A stretch of DNA of 64,000 bases, from NCBI RefSeq assembly GCF_964213995.1, contig NW_027590498.1, positions 62,001 through 126,000 of the forward strand, written 5' to 3'. The position numbers were made by a program, and so were the translations under genes. Below, one piece after another: positions 1-13,205 of this stretch. The notes beneath the pieces were generated by a model. That model did no database searches. It was given only the letters and a program-made list of their open reading frames with translations, and had not been told where the DNA came from. The DNA is from Mustelus asterias (Eukaryota). Numbering within the stretch: position 1 is the first letter of the stretch; every line of letters begins with the position of its first letter.

Positions 1-2864
1 CAGACGAACTTGGGGCCTTAATGCGCACGAGGAATTTGGATGTGGTTGCAGTGACAGAGACTTGGTTGAAAGAGGGACAGGACTGGCAGCTGAATATTCC
101 AGGGTACAAGTGTTTTAGGCGAGACAGAGGAGGGGCCAAAAGAGGTGGGGAGTAGCGGTATTAGTTGGAGAGCATATTACAGCGGTGCAGAGGGAGGACA
201 ATTCAGAGGGGTCGTGTAACGAGTCACTCTGGGTGGAGCTTAGAAACAGGAAAGGCGCAGTCACTATGTTGGGGGTGTACTACAGGCCCCCCAACAGCCC
301 AAGGGAAGTGGAAGAATGGATATGTCAGGAGATACTGGATAGGTGCAGGAAAAATAGGGTTGTTGTAGTGGGAGACTTCAATTTCCCTGGTATAGACTGG
401 AAATCGCTGAGGACAGGTACTCTGGATGGGGAGGAATTTGTAAAATGTGTACTGGAGGGTTCGTTGGAACAATATGTAAACAGCCCGACTAGAGAGGGGG
501 CTATACTGGACCTGGTACTGGGGAATGAGCCCGGTCAGGTCTTCAAAGTTTTGGTAGGGGAACATGTGGCAAATAGTGACCACAATTCTGTTAGCTTTAG
601 GATAGTGATGGAAAAGGATGAGTGGTGTCCCAAGGGTAAGGTGTTGGATTGGGGGAAGGCTAACTTTAGTGGGATTATGCAGAAATTGGCAGCTGTTGAT
701 TGGGAGAGGCTGTTTGAGGATAAATCCACATCTGGCATGTGGGAGTCTTTTAAGGAACAGTTGTTAGGGCCACAGGACAGGCATGTGCCTGTAAAAAAGG
801 ATAGGATTCGAGAACTGTGGATAACCAGGGAAATTGAGGGACTGGTCAAAAAGAAAAGAGGCGCATGTTAGGTCCAGGCAGCTAAAAACGGAGGGAGCTC
901 TGGAGGAGTACAAAGAAAGTAGGAAAGAACTCAAACGGGGAATTAGAAGAGCAAAAAGGGGTCACGAAATGTCCTTGGCAGACAGGATTAAGGAGAATCC
1001 AAAGGCATTTTATTCATACGTTAGGAACAAAAGGGTTGTCAGGGGAAAAAAAAAAATCAGACCTCAGGGACAAAAGTGGGGAATTATGCTTGGAGCCCAA
1101 AGAAGTAGGGGAGATCCTAAATGAATACTTTGCGTCGGTATTCACAATGGAGGGGGATGTGTTGACTGGGAGTGTCTCAGAGGGGAGTGTTGAACCGTTG
1201 GAGAAAATCTCCATTACAAGGGAGGAAGTGTTAGGTTTGTTAGAGAATATAAAGACTGACAAATCCCCAGGGCCTGATGGAATCTATCCAAGGCTGCTCA
1301 GGGAGACGAGAGATGAAATTGCTGGGCCTCTGACGCAAATCTTTGTCTCGTCACTGGGCACAGGCGAGGTCCCAGAGGATTGGAGGATAGCTAATGTGGT
1401 CCCGTTAGTTAACCCGGGTAATTATAGGCCGGTGAGCTTGACGTCCGTGGTGGGGAAGTTGTTGGAGAAGATTCTTAGAGATAGGATGTATGCGCATTTA
1501 GAAAGGAATAAACTCATTAACGATAGTCAGCATGGTTTTGAGAGAAGGAGGTCATGCCTCACTAACCTGGTGGAGTTTTTTGAAGAAGTGACCAGAATGG
1601 TTGACGAGGGAAGGGCCGTGGATGCCATCTATATGGACTTTAGTAAAGCATTTGACAAAGTCCCTCATGGTAGGTTGGTGAAAAAGGTTGGATCTCATGG
1701 GATAAAGGGGGAGGTGGTTGGATGGGTGGAGAACTGGCTTGGTCACAGAAGACAGAGGGTGGTAGTGGAAGGGTCTTTTTCCGGCTGGAGGCCTGTGACT
1801 AGTGGTGTTCCGCAGGGCTCTGTATTGGGACCTCTGCTGTTTGTGATTTATATAAACGATCTGGAAGAAGGTGTAACTAGGGTGATCAGTAAGTTTGTGG
1901 ACGACACAAAATTGGCAGGACTTGCAGATAGTGAGGAGCATTGTCAGAGGCTACAGAAGGATATAGATAGGCTGGAAATTTGGGCAAAGAAATGGCAGAT
2001 GGAGTTCAATCCTGATGAATGCGAAGTGATGCATTTTGGTAGAAATAATGTAAGGAGGAGCTATACGATAAATGGCAGAACCATAAAGGGTGTAGATATG
2101 CAGAGGGACCTGGGTGTGCAAGTCCACAGATAAGACCATAAGACCATAAGACATAGGAGCGGAAGTAAGGCCATTCGGCCCATCGAGTCCACTCCACCAT
2201 TCAATCATGGTTGATTTCAACTCCATTTACCCGCTCCATTTACCAGTGACGTCACTGGTGGAGAAGGTGGTGAAGAAGGCATATGGCAAGTTGGGGTCTG
2301 ATGTTGCAGATGTATAGAACGTTGGTTCGGCTGCATTTTGAATAATGTGTCCAGTTCTGGTCGCCACACTACCAGAAGGACATGGAGGCTTTGGAGAGAG
2401 TACAGAGGAGGTTTACCAGGATGTTGCTTGGTATGGAGGGGCTTAGTTATGAGGAGAGATTGGGTAAACTGGGGTTGTTCTCCCTGGAAAGATGGAGGAT
2501 GAGGGGAGACTTAATAGAGGTGTATAACATTATGAAAAGGCATAGATAGGGTAAACGCTGGGAAGCTTTTCCCCAGGTCGGTGGTGACGTTCACGAGGGG
2601 TCATAGGTTCAAGGTGAAGGGGGGGGGCGGTTTAACACAGATATCAGAAGGACATATTTTACAGAGGGTGGTGGGGGCCTGGAATGCACTGCTAGGCAAG
2701 GTGGTGGAGGCAGACACACTGGTAACGTTTAAGACTTATCTAGATAGCCACATGAACGGAGTGGGAATGGAGGGATACAAAAGAATGGTCTAGTTTGGAC
2801 CAGGGAGCGGCACGGGCTTGGGGGGCCGAAGGGCCTGTTCTTGTGCTGTATTGTTCTTTGTTCT
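1..2864 (+). mobile_element. CR1-clade LINE (family A), APE endonuclease + RT, frameshifted
   Basis: ORF 185-871 has YYRPP, GDFNFP, LDLVL and SDHN endonuclease motifs. ORF 1036-2133 has KSPGPDG, NYRPVSLTS, DFSKAFD, GVPQGSVLGP and FVDD RT motifs. 3' tail gggccgaagggcctgttc...tgttctttgttct. Confidence 0.95.
2131..2243 (-). mobile_element. 3' tail of young CR1 family B inserted antisense in family A
   Basis: Reverse complement of about 7905-8000 with (atggtctt)n tail; interrupts the host at gtccacaga|...|gtgacgtcac. Confidence 0.9.
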
Positions 2865-2865
2865 G

Positions 2866-3028
2866 TGGGAGACGAGGGAAGAGATTGCAGAGCCTCTGGC
2901 GATGATCTTTGCGTCGTCGATGGAGACGGGAGAGGTGCCGGGAGAGGTGCCGGAGGATTGCAGATGTGGTTCCTATTTTCAAGGGGAATAGGGATAGCCC
3001 AGCTAATTACCGACCGGTGAGTCTAACC
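2866..3028 (+). mobile_element. CR1 RT fragment
   Basis: Encodes RIADVVPIFKG..NYRPVSLT. Confidence 0.8.
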
Positions 3029-3029
3029 T

Positions 3030-3080
3030 GGCTGTTCACTGGAAAACTCATTCGGTTGTGTGTGTGTCTGTGCTTTTCCG
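3030..3080 (-). pseudogene. Fragment of ZNF degenerate-finger leader
   Basis: ggctgttcactggaaaactcattcggttgtgtgtgtgtctgtgcttttcc closely matches 6325-6376. Confidence 0.6.
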
Positions 3081-3895
3081 CGGGGCTGGCCATCCGGCAC
3101 ACGGCCAAAGCCGTCCCAGACCTTAGGACGGTTGTGCTCGGCCCCGAAACTGCACGCAAACTCGAGGCGGCGCAGGCGTGCGGTGGGATCCCGCCCGAGC
3201 GTTGGCCAGCCTTGTTGCCGCCAGGTGGCGGAGGTCCCCGCTGGAGGTCCCTCTACGGAGGGATCTCCCCCAATTACGTCGGGGACCTGGGGTGGAGGGT
3301 GATGCATGCAGCAGTTCCGCACAACCGTAGGATTCACTGGTTCACGGGCTCCGAAGACTGCCCTTTCTGTGGCCTTGTGGACTCCGTGGACCATGTCTAT
3401 GTTGTGTGTCTTAGGCTGCACTCCCTTTATGTTTTCCTGAAGAACCTTTTATTGATGTTCTGTTTGCACTTCAGTCCCACGCTCCTGATCTACAGACACC
3501 TGGTGCGGGGAGGGGAGGGTCGGGTAGGCGACCTCCTCGTGAACCTGCTCCTGGGCCTGGCGAAACGCGCCATTTACCGGTCCAGGCAGCGGGCGATCGA
3601 GGGGGCCGTCCATCCTGACTGTCTTCCCCTCTACCGCGGCTACGTTCGCAGCCAGGTGTCCCTGGAGAGGGAGCATGCGGTGTCCACGGGCGAGGTTGAC
3701 ACCTTCCGCGCCCGTTGGGCACCGCAGGGGTTGGGGTGCGTTATTGACCCTAATAATCACATTTTAATTTGATGTTTAAGTTTCCTTTGTATTTTGATTT
3801 CTGTTCGGGCTGTTCCCCCTCCTTCTGGGGAGCTGCCCCTTTTACTTTGTCCTGATTTAACCCGAGTTTGTTTATTTGGTTTGACCTAAAAAGAG
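3081..3895 (+). mobile_element. Tx1/L1-clade LINE, 5'-truncated ORF2 C-terminus + 3'UTR
   Basis: DLGWRVMH, CPFCG..DHVY..C zinc knuckle, LLLGLAKRAIY, FRARW, stop at 3772, T-rich 3'UTR ending aaaaagag. Confidence 0.85.
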
Positions 3896-4713
3896 GCCAA
3901 CATCTGTGAGTAACACACTTTAGAGCTTGCTTGCTGGAGACGCCCGTTTTCTATCGTTTCTGCCGATTTGTTGGCTTCCTGCAAGAAGGAGGGAGGAAGG
4001 GGGAGGAAGGTGAGCTATCGCCTGCCTGCCATCTGCTGGAGGGTGCTCTCTCCCTGGAGGGAGAGGGGGAAAGAGGACACGGAGACACTTTCTTTCTTTA
4101 CTTTTTTCCACCGACGGGAGGGAAGACTGCACAGCCTCCTCATATCAACATCAGGGGACTGAGTGGGGCTGATGCCCTCATCAGAAGGTCAGTGCCTGAA
4201 AGGGAGGTTTGCGGGGGGGAGAAAATTTAGACTGTTTTCCATCTGCAGTGGGTGGGTGGGGAGGGGGTGAAGACACCCTGGACTTAGTTTGCGCCCAAGA
4301 GAGTTGGAAGAGTAAAGTCCCCCCACCCACTGCTGCTGCCCCCAACACCGACACCCACCCCCCCTCCCCCCTCCTTCCTCCTGACTGGGGCACCGGCCTT
4401 CCTCAGTGCCCTGTCCCTCCTCAGTGCCCTGTCCCTCGGGTGCGATCTACACCTGCGTCCTTGCAGATTGCCACTTTACTGAAACCCGGGAATGGCGGTG
4501 ATCCGCTTTGCTCCCAAAACAGGTGCAATGGCGATTTAAATTGAATTAATGAACTGCCCGCCCAACTTTCAGCATTTCCCCCTTTACCACCGCGTTTGCC
4601 AATCCGGAACCGCGCCGTAATGGACCTGCTCAATAAAAGTCTGAATCGGGGCTCCAGCTTCTGAAGAGTGCGTTCAGTGTTTCCAACGGCTCTCTGACTC
4701 AGATCAGTGGTGT

Positions 4714-4840
4714 GGGGGGGGGGGGGGGGGGGGGGCGGGGGAGAGGAGGGTCAGATCATTCTCTGGTTGGGGGGGGGGGGGGTGGAGGAGGAGGACGATC
4801 GGTCTGGGTAACGGGGTGGTGGGGGGGGGGGGGGGGGGAG
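4714..4840 (+). repeat. Poly-G tracts
   Basis: Three long G homopolymer runs. Confidence 0.85.
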
Positions 4841-4844
4841 GGTG

Positions 4845-5055
4845 TTTGATTCTTTACTCAGGAGAGTGGTTGGGGTGTGGAATGGACTACCTGCTGTGCT
4901 AGTGGAGTCGGACACTTTAGGAACTTTCAAGCGGTTATTGGATAGGCTCATGGAGCACACCAGGATGACAGAGTGAGATAGCTTGATTTTGGTTTTGGAC
5001 AAAGCTCAGCACAACATCGAGGGCCGAAGGGCCTGTACTGTACTATGTTCTATAT
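4845..5055 (+). mobile_element. CR1 3' end
   Basis: FTQ-RVVGVWNGLP coding remnant followed by gggccgaagggcctgtactg tail. Confidence 0.8.
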
Positions 5056-5056
5056 A

Positions 5057-5465
5057 ATCCAAGGTTGTCCTCCTCGCTATTTACCACACCACCAATGACA
5101 ATTTGTTCAATTATATCACACACCCGTCCCTGCTTTCTGTACCTACATTGTCCTTCCACACAGTGAACACAGATGCAAAATACTAATTTAGTACCTCAAA
5201 TACATCTTCGATTTTTTCTTTAGTTCTAACCTTCTGTGGCAACGCACTGCCTCAATCAGACATTGGGACTCAGAGTTGATGCAGTTTGATGGACAAGTTG
5301 TCTTCATTCTGAACAATGGGGAACAAGCTCCTCCCATTCACTGACAATTTGCCCCTTACAAAGATGGTGATCGCCCATCCACACATCACCATCTTTATTG
5401 GGGGCAGTCATTAAGATCTCAGGGATCTTTGACCTGCTTGATGCAAATGAGGGAACTGGTGAATT
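5057..5465. repeat. Local segmental duplicate of about 59493-60030 (CR1 remnant + decayed promoter piece)
   Basis: Shared atccaaggttgtcctcctcgctatttaccacacc, agacattgggactcagag..gatgcagtttgatggacaagttgtct and gatctcagggatctttgacc blocks. Confidence 0.8.
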
Positions 5466-5717
5466 TTCTTTCTGCACTGTGAAGAAGCTGTGATGTGAGT
5501 TCCTGACTGATGGGGAATGATCACAGACAGCAGTTCTTAAAGGGAAATGGCAACCCTGAAAACACAATCAGCTCTAGATCCAGAATATTAAACTCCAGCC
5601 CAGTTACAGGGGTTGTTAACATCAGCAGAAACAAACCTCAGATGTCAGAATGAATGTGGCTCACTCCTGGATGTGATTAACAGCAGCAGCTACAGCAGAA
5701 TCCACTCCCTGCACTCA

Positions 5718-6540
<823 letters not shown>

Positions 6541-8000
6541 GTCCCAGAGGATTGGAAAATCGCTGTTGTAACCCCACTGTTCAAGAAGGGAACAAGAAAA
6601 AAGATGGAAAATTATAGGCCAATTAGCCTAACCTCAGTTGTTGGCAAAATTCTAGAATCCATCGTTAAGGATGAGATTTCTAAATTCTTGGAAGTGCAGG
6701 GTCGGATTAAGACAAGTCAGCATGGATTTAGTAAGGGGAGGTCGTGCCTGACAAACCTGTTAGAGTTCTTTGAAGAGATAACAAATAGGTTAGACCAAGG
6801 AGAGCCAATGGATGTTATCTATCTTGACTTCCAAAAGGCCTTTGACAAGGTGCCTCACGGGAGACTGCTGAGTAAAATAAGGGCCCATGGTATTCGAGGC
6901 AAGGTACTAACATGGATTGACGATTGGCTGTCAGACAGAAGGCAGAGAGTTGGGATAAAAGGTTCTTTCTCAGAATGGCAACCGGTGACAAGTGGTGTCC
7001 CGCAGGGTTCAGTGTTGGGGCCACAGCTGTTCTCTTTATATATTAACGATCTAGATGACGGGACTGGGAGCATTCTGGCCAAGTTTGCCGATGATACAAA
7101 GATAGGTGGAGGGGCAGGTAGTATTGAGGAGGTGGGGAGGCTGCAGAAAGATTTAGACAGTTTAGGAGAGTGGTCCAAGAAGTGGCTGATGAAATTCAAC
7201 GTGGGCAAGTGCGAGGTCGTACACTTTGGAAAAAAGAATAGAGGCATGGACTATTTTCTAAACGGTGACAAAATTCATAATGCTAAAGTGCAAAGGGACT
7301 TGGGAGTCCTAGTCCAGGATTCTCTAAAGGTAAACTTGCAGGTTGAGTCCGTAATTAAGAAAGCAAATGTAATGTTGTCATTTATCTCAAGAGGCTTGGA
7401 ATACAAAAGCAGGGATGTACTTCTGAGGCTTTATAAAGCACTGGTTAGGCCCCATTTGGAGTACTGTGAGCAATTTTGGGCCCCACACCTCAGGAAGGAC
7501 ATACTGGCACTGGAGCGGGTCCAGCGGAGATTCACACGGATGATCCCAGGAATGGTAGGCCTGACATACGATGAACGTCTGAGGATCGTGGGATTATATT
7601 CATTGGAGTTTAGGAGGTTGAGGGGAGATCTGATAGAAACTTACAAGATAATGAACGGCTTAGATAGGATGGACGTAGGGAAGTTGTTTCCATTAACAGG
7701 GGAGACTAGGACGCGGGGGCACAGCCTTAGAATAAAAGGGAGTCACTTTAGAACAGAGATGAGGAGAAATTTCTTCAGCCAGAGAGTGGTGGGTCTGTGG
7801 AATTCATTGCCACAGAGGGCTGTGGAGGCCGAGACGTTGAGCGTCTTCAAGACAGAAATTGATAAATTCTTGATTTCTCGAGGAATTAAGGGCTATGGGG
7901 AGAGAGCGGGTAAATGGAGTTGAAATCAACCATGATTGAATGGTGGAGTGGACTCGATGGGCCGAATGGCCTTACTTCCGCTCCTATGTCTTATGGTCTT
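6541..8000 (+). mobile_element. Young 5'-truncated CR1 LINE (family B), open RT frame to 7923
   Basis: Uninterrupted RT (NYRPISLTS, DFQKAFD, GVPQG, FADD, RPHLEYC); 3'UTR with atgtcttatggtctt tail. Confidence 0.95.
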
Positions 8001-8122
8001 ACTGTCAGTCCAGGATTGAAATTCTGATCAGACAAGTCTAATTTCAAAAAGGAACAACTTTTCTGTTCCTGTTGCCCAAAACAGTAAATCTATGTCCCAC
8101 TCACTCTCCCTCCTCCGAGTTG

Positions 8123-8436
8123 AGGGCAGCACGGTGGCAGTGGTTAGCACTGCTGCCTCACAGCACCACAGACCCAAGTTTGATTCCCAGCTTGGGTCAC
8201 TGTCTGTTTGCACAGTCTCCCCGTGTCTGCATGGGTTTTCTCCAAGTGCTCTGGTTTCCTCCCACTGTCCAAACAGGTGCAGGTTAGGTGGATTGGCTAT
8301 GCTAAATTACCCTTGGTGTCAGGGGGACTAGCTAGGGTAAATGCATGGGGTAATGGGGATAGGGCGTGGACGGGATTGTGGTCAGTGCAGACTCGATGGG
8401 CTGAATGGCCCCCTTCTGCACTGTCAGATTCTATGA
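8123..8436 (+). mobile_element. HE1-type tRNA-derived V-SINE
   Basis: gggcagcacggtggcagtggttagcactgctgcctcacag head, V-domain, CR1-like tail gactcgatgggctgaatggcc. Confidence 0.9.
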
Positions 8437-8629
8437 GATCTAAATGAAATGTTGCATATTTTTCATGCATCCCAACTACTAATTTTTCCAAATCACTCCA
8501 AGGCCTGTTCTTCCCCATCTCTGGAATCGCCTCTAGCATTGCTCCAATTCTGGCTTCCTGCACATTCCCTATTTTAATCACTCCACCATTAGTGACTAGA
8601 CCTTCAGTGCACAGGGATGACTTCTCAAA

Positions 8630-8947
8630 GAATTCCTACAGTGCAGAAGGAAAGCATTTGGCCCATCAAGTCTGCACCAACTCTGAATATTTTACCCCTG
8701 ATCTACACTTGTAACCCACATTTTTAACCCCACTAATCCACCTTACCTGTACATCTTTGTACACGAAGGGGCAAAATAGCATGGCCAATCCCCCCAAGCA
8801 TCACATCTTTGGACAGTGGGAGGCAACTGGAGCATCCAGAGGAAACCCACAGTCACAGGGATAACGTGCAAACTCCACACAGACAGTGACCCAGGGCTGG
8901 AATCGAACCTGGGACCCTGGAGCTGTGAGGCAGCAGTGTTAACCACC
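8630..8947 (-). mobile_element. HE1-type V-SINE
   Basis: Reverse complement of the same consensus. Confidence 0.85.
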
Positions 8948-9119
8948 CTGATATTAATGGTGTTTTATCAATAGAAGTTGTTGTTGGCTGTAACCCTAAA
9001 TTCCAGTTTTACACACAGTTTGTTATTAAATCAATCTGATTTTTTTTGTCCCCTGTGGGTTATTCATTTGGTTTCACCCCCAAGAAATACAGTGGCTGTG
9101 CATGCGTTGTTCCAAATTA

Positions 9120-9190
9120 CCCTCAATAAAGATGGCGGATGCGCATGCGCTTTGCAGTACGTGGATTCCTATAAAGATGGCGGATATTAA
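9120..9190 (+). promoter_or_regulatory. YY1 + NRF1 promoter module
   Basis: aagatggcgg occurs twice, flanking tgcgcatgcgc. Confidence 0.6.
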
Positions 9191-9339
9191 CAAGGTCCTG
9201 AAGCCTTCGGAAGGCCCAAGGAATTTGCTTTGCTAATTGAGGCCAACACCGGGTGTTTATAAAGCCTCACCACCCACCCACCAACTCCATTTATGTTTCC
9301 AGTTTTATTTCGGGCTCTGCATCCGCACTCAGTCTTTGT

Positions 9340-11147
9340 AAACACATTCCTCTTAGAGTGAAGGGCAAGGCTGGCAGAAGTCAGGAACCCTGGATGACTC
9401 GGGTTATTGAGGCCCTGGTCAAGAAGAAGAAAGAGGCACATGACATGCATAGGGAGCTGGGATCAAGTGAATCCCTTGGCGTATAGGGGATGTAGGAGTA
9501 GAGTTAAGCGATAAATCAGGAGGGCAAAAAGGGGACACAAGATTGTTTTGGCAGATAAGGCAAAGGAGAATCCAAAGAGCTTCTACAAATACATAAAGGG
9601 CAAAAGAGTAACAAGGGAGAGAGTAGGGCCTCTTCAGGATCAACAAGGTCACCTATGTGAGGATCCACAAGAGATGGGTGAGATCCTATATGAATATTTC
9701 TCATCAGTATTTACTGTTGAGAAAAGCATGGAACTTGGGGAAATAGTGATGTCTTGAGGAGTGTACATATTACAGAGAAGGAGGTGTTCGAAGTCTTAAA
9801 GTGCATCAAGGTAGATAAATCCCCAGGACCTGAAGAAGAGTATCCCAGAACATTGTGCAAGGCTAGGGAGGAAATTGCAGTTCCCCTTGCTGAGATATTT
9901 GAATCATCGATAGTCACGGGTGAGGTGCCTGAAGATTGGAGTGTGGCAAATGTTGTGCCTTTGTTTAAAAAGGGCTGCAGGGAAAAGCCTGGGAACTACA
10001 GGCCAGTGAGCCTCACATCTGTGGTGGGTAAATTGTTGGAAGGTATTTTGATCCACAGGCATTTAGAGACGCAAGGACTGATTAGGGACAGTTCCGCATA
10101 GCTTTGAGTGGAAAATCATGTCTCACAAACTTGACTGAGTTTTTTTGAAGGGGTAACCAAGAAGGTAGATGAGGGGAGTGCAGTTGATGTTATCGACAAA
10201 GACTTTAAGCAAGGCCTTTGACAAGGTACCACATGGTAGGTTGTTACACAAGGTTAAATCTCACGGGATCCAGGGTGAGGTGTCTAAATGGATACAAAAT
10301 TGGCTTCTTGACAGAATAAGAAGTCTCACAACACCAGGTTAAAGTCCAACAGGTTTATTTGGTAGCCAATACCATAAGCTTTCGGAGCACTGCTCCTTCG
10401 TGGAGCAGTGCTCCGAAAGCTTATGGTATTTGCTACCAAATAAACCTGTTGGACTTTAACCTGGTGTTGTGAGACTTCTTATTGTGTTCACCCCAGTCCA
10501 ACGCCAGCATCTCCACATCATGACTTCTTGACAGAAGCCAGAGGATGGGTTGTAGTGAATTGTTTTTCAAACGGGAGGACTGTGACCAGCGGTGTGCCTC
10601 AGGGATCAGTGCTGGGTCCACTGTTATTTGTCATTTATATTCATGATTTGGATGAGAATATGGGCGGCGTGGTTAGTAAGTTTGCAGATGACACTAAGAT
10701 TAGTGGCATAATGGACAGTGAAGAGAGTTATCTTGATCAATTGGACCAGTGGGCTGACGAATGGCAGATGGAGTTTAATTTGGATAAATGCGAGGTGATG
10801 CATCTTGGTAGATCGAACCAGGGCAGGACTTACTCAGTTCAGGAGAGTTATAGAACAAAGATCATGGGGTACAGGTTCATAGCTCCTCGAAAGTGGAGTC
10901 ACAGATGGACAGAGTGGTGAAGAAGGCATTTGGCATGCTTGGTTTCATCGGTCAGAACATTGAATGCAGAAGTTGGCACAATTTGTTGAAGTTGTACAAG
11001 ACATTGGTAAGACCACATTTGGAATACTGTGTACAGTTCTGGTCACCCTATTATAGGAAGGATAATATTAAACTAGAAAGTGTGCAGAGAAGTTTTACGA
11101 GGATGCTACCAGGACTTGGTGTGAATGACAAGGAGGCACTGGATAGA
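9340..11147 (+). mobile_element. Degraded CR1 LINE
   Basis: Fragmented ORFs 9548-11162 with KENPKSFY, KSPGP, NYRPVSLTS, GVPQG, FADD, RPHLEYC. Confidence 0.9.
10317..10523 (+). mobile_element. Penelope-like element end (family 1) as fold-back insertion with TSD
   Basis: Inverted arms about 10315-10396 / 10402-10483, then a 40-nt tail; TSD cttcttgacagaa at 10304-10316 and 10524-10536. Confidence 0.8.
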
Positions 11148-11844
11148 GGGAGGGGAGGGTAGGGAAGGCAGGCCCCAGCTCCCCCACTCTCAGGGCACTG
11201 AGCTGCGCCTGCCTCCCCACAGGCAGCACTAACTCCAGGCCCAAGTGGGCAGGAGGTGGTGAAGCGGATCCTTACCTGGGAGGCACTGACACATTTCCCC
11301 CAGGGCTGTGCAGGGCAGGATATCTCAGTGCAGGGGGCCCCACTCTCTCTGAGCCACAGCCCAAGGCACTGACCAGTCCTTCCACACCAACCTAACCTGC
11401 TGGCACCAGAGGACCTGCAATTTTCTCCCGAGCCTCCCACTCCATCAAGTCCTGGGGATTTATCTACCTTGATGTACTTTAAGACTTCCAGCACCTCCTT
11501 CTCTGCAGCACTATTTTAACCTCAATGAATATAAAATAACATTGTTAGCTATTGAGATAAATTAATTTTTAAAAAAAACACAAATTGCAAATTGATGATC
11601 TGCTATGTTAAATTCTCCTGTGGGACTAGAGATTTAGAAACTTTTACTTTATCTCCTCTCTCTCTCCCCTTGACTCTGGCTGGATTCAATCACAGTCACT
11701 GGTTCCTCTCGTTCTGTCTCTTCCTGATTCTGAATATTCATTGTTTTACAGAATGATACAGCACAGATGGGAACCATTCAGCTCAGCATGCCTGGAAGAT
11801 CTATCCAATAAATTCAATAGCCCTGTTGGCAAAGTCAGAACAAT

Positions 11845-12392
11845 AAGGCCACACTTGGAATACTGTGTGCAGTTCTGGTCACCCTATTATAGAAAGGGTA
11901 TTATTAAACTAGAAAGAGTGCAGAAGAGATTGACTGGGATGCTACCGGACTTGATGGTTTGCGTTATAAGGAGAGGCTGGGACTTTTTTCCTCTGGAGTG
12001 CAGGAGGCTGAGGGGTGACCTTATAGAGGTCTATAAAATAATGAGGGGCACAGATCAGCGAGATAGTCAATATCTTTTCCCAAAGGTAGGGGAGTCTAAA
12101 ACTAGAGGGCAGAGGTTTAAGGTGAGAGGGGAGAGATACAGAAGTGTCCAGAGGGGCAGTTTGTTCACACAGAGGGTGGAGAGTGTCTGGAACAAGCTGC
12201 CAGAGGCAGTAGTCGAGGCGGGTACAATTTTGTCTTTTAAAAAGCATTGAGACAGTGACATGGGTACAATGGGTATAGAGGGATATGGGCCAAACACGGG
12301 CAAATGGGACTAGCTTAGGGGTTTTAAAAAGTGCAGCATGGACAAGTTGGGCCGAAGGGCCTGTTTCCAGGCTGTAAACCTCTGACTCTATA
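11845..12392 (+). mobile_element. CR1 3' end
   Basis: RPHLEYCVQFWSP...RLRGDLIEVYK coding remnant and gggccgaagggcctgtttcc tail. Confidence 0.9.
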
Positions 12393-12409
12393 AAAATCCC
12401 CATTTAAAA

Positions 12410-13205
12410 CCCGCTCGCTCGAGCTCCTTACCGTCTGCCGCAGGCACTGCGCATGCTCCAGCTCCCAAACCAGGGTGGGGCCGTTAACCTGGGCCTGTTC
12501 CCGGGAGGGAGGGAGGGAGAAGCCCCGCAGCTGCAAACCAGGGAGCTGACAATGATTCTGAAGGGTTTGCGGATCCTCCCCAATCTCCAACCGCCGGCTC
12601 CGCTGCTGCGATGTTGACTCCGCCCCAACCAGGTTTTATCTGAGTGTTGGTCCTCCAGCCCCGCCCCTCATTCACTCTGATTGGTTGGAGGACCAGCCGC
12701 TCCCGAACGGTCCTCCAGCCCCGCCCCCTCTTCCTATTGGTCCGGAGCTGCCGTCAATCATTCCCCGGGCATTGTGATGTGGAGCATGCGCACTGTCATT
12801 GCTGTCCTTGGCGCTTGTTTGTCCCGGAGAAGCGGAGTCAGCGTTAGGCGGTGGCTGGGAGGATTTGGAAACACTTTGTGGATCCGCAAACCCTTCAGAA
12901 TCATTGTCAGCTCCCTGGTTTGCAGCTGCGGGGCTTCTCCCTCCCGGAACAGGCCCAGGTTAACGGCCCCATCCTGGCTCAGCCACTGGAGGATGGTTCA
13001 CATCAGAGGATGGGGGAGGGGGACAATAAATAAGAGGTTACACTTTGGCCTCAATTCAATGAGGACTCTGATCTCTGGGAAGGAAGGAAACCCTGGGAGG
13101 TGGGCGGGGAGGATTCACAAACACCCGCTGGAGGCCCCAACACCCCCAATAAGACCCATTGGTTTTATTGTCAGTCTGCAGACAGGAGCTGGAGAACTGA
13201 ACCCA
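12410..13205. promoter_or_regulatory. CpG-rich ZNF promoter/first-exon cassette, copy 1
   Basis: NRF1-like tgcgcatgc and gcatgcgca, GC boxes ccgccc, reverse CCAAT attgg; near-identical to 54700-55273 and 60180-60725; lies upstream of the ZNF at 13767. Confidence 0.7.

Noticed and set aside
4400-4630. CpG-rich segment possibly from a DNA-transposon-derived repeat
   Set aside because: No terminal inverted repeats or second copy found in the window; cannot be assigned.
4714-4840. Functional G-quadruplex element
   Set aside because: Simple homopolymer runs of uncertain length with no supporting context.
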